From assembly GCF_001194135.2 (NCBI RefSeq), contig NC_068986.1, positions 14,439,889 to 14,503,888 on the forward strand: a stretch of 64,000 nt of DNA. The letters run 5' to 3'. Within the stretch, counting starts at the first letter, position 1. Each line of letters opens with the position of its first letter. Position numbers and translations under genes: made by a program. Of the stretch, positions 63,775 through 64,000 are shown piece by piece. The stretch comes from Octopus bimaculoides (taxonomy: Eukaryota). The notes under the pieces were generated by a model. It searched no databases. It saw nothing but the letters and a program-made list of their open reading frames with translations, and had not been told where the DNA came from.

Positions 63775-63990
63775 TTCCAATTGATTCAGTCAACGGAAAA
63801 TCCTGGTCATAAAATTAACGTGCAACTGGTTATGTACTCCACAAACTCGCATACCCTTAATGTAGTTGTGACGGAGATCCAGCGTGACACAGAACGTTTA
63901 CAAAGGTGACCATTTTATGTATAAGTACAACTCATTTTCACAAGGTGAGCAGATCGTGCTCCAGTTAGCCAAAATACATTTGTCCATGTG
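63775..63990 (-). mobile_element. SINE group B, decayed (tail type 2)
   Basis: TCAACGGAAAA.CCTG.TC.T.AAATTAACGTGCAA...ACTCCACA...GGAGATCCAGCGTGACACAG matches the tail of 60305-60684. Confidence 0.7.
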
Positions 63991-64000
63991 TTTGCATCTA

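Overview
AT-rich, microsatellite-saturated animal genomic DNA from a gapped assembly (about 22 N-gaps, roughly 9.5 kb, almost all next to simple repeats). The SINE families and repeat load suggest a coleoid cephalopod, probably Octopus; this is an inference, not a database match. I find no supportable host protein-coding gene. The long six-frame ORFs are microsatellite or N read-through, or come from transposable elements, so the window looks intergenic or intronic. It contains about 20 tRNA-derived SINE copies from three groups (called A, B and C here), three fragments of Dong/R4-type LINEs (RT thumb and restriction-like endonuclease), decayed CR1-like and APE-type LINE pieces, one apparently complete non-autonomous Helitron, and three fold-back/MITE-like elements. 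The most notable signal is five hammerhead-ribozyme-like motifs from at least four unrelated repeat families (14907-14949 +, 28517-28565 -, 41045-41092 -, 42121-42152 -, 50571-50605 -). They have the minimal, palindromic stem III form known from Penelope-like elements and retrozymes, and several carry non-canonical core changes. All coordinates and alignments were done by eye; element boundaries are approximate.
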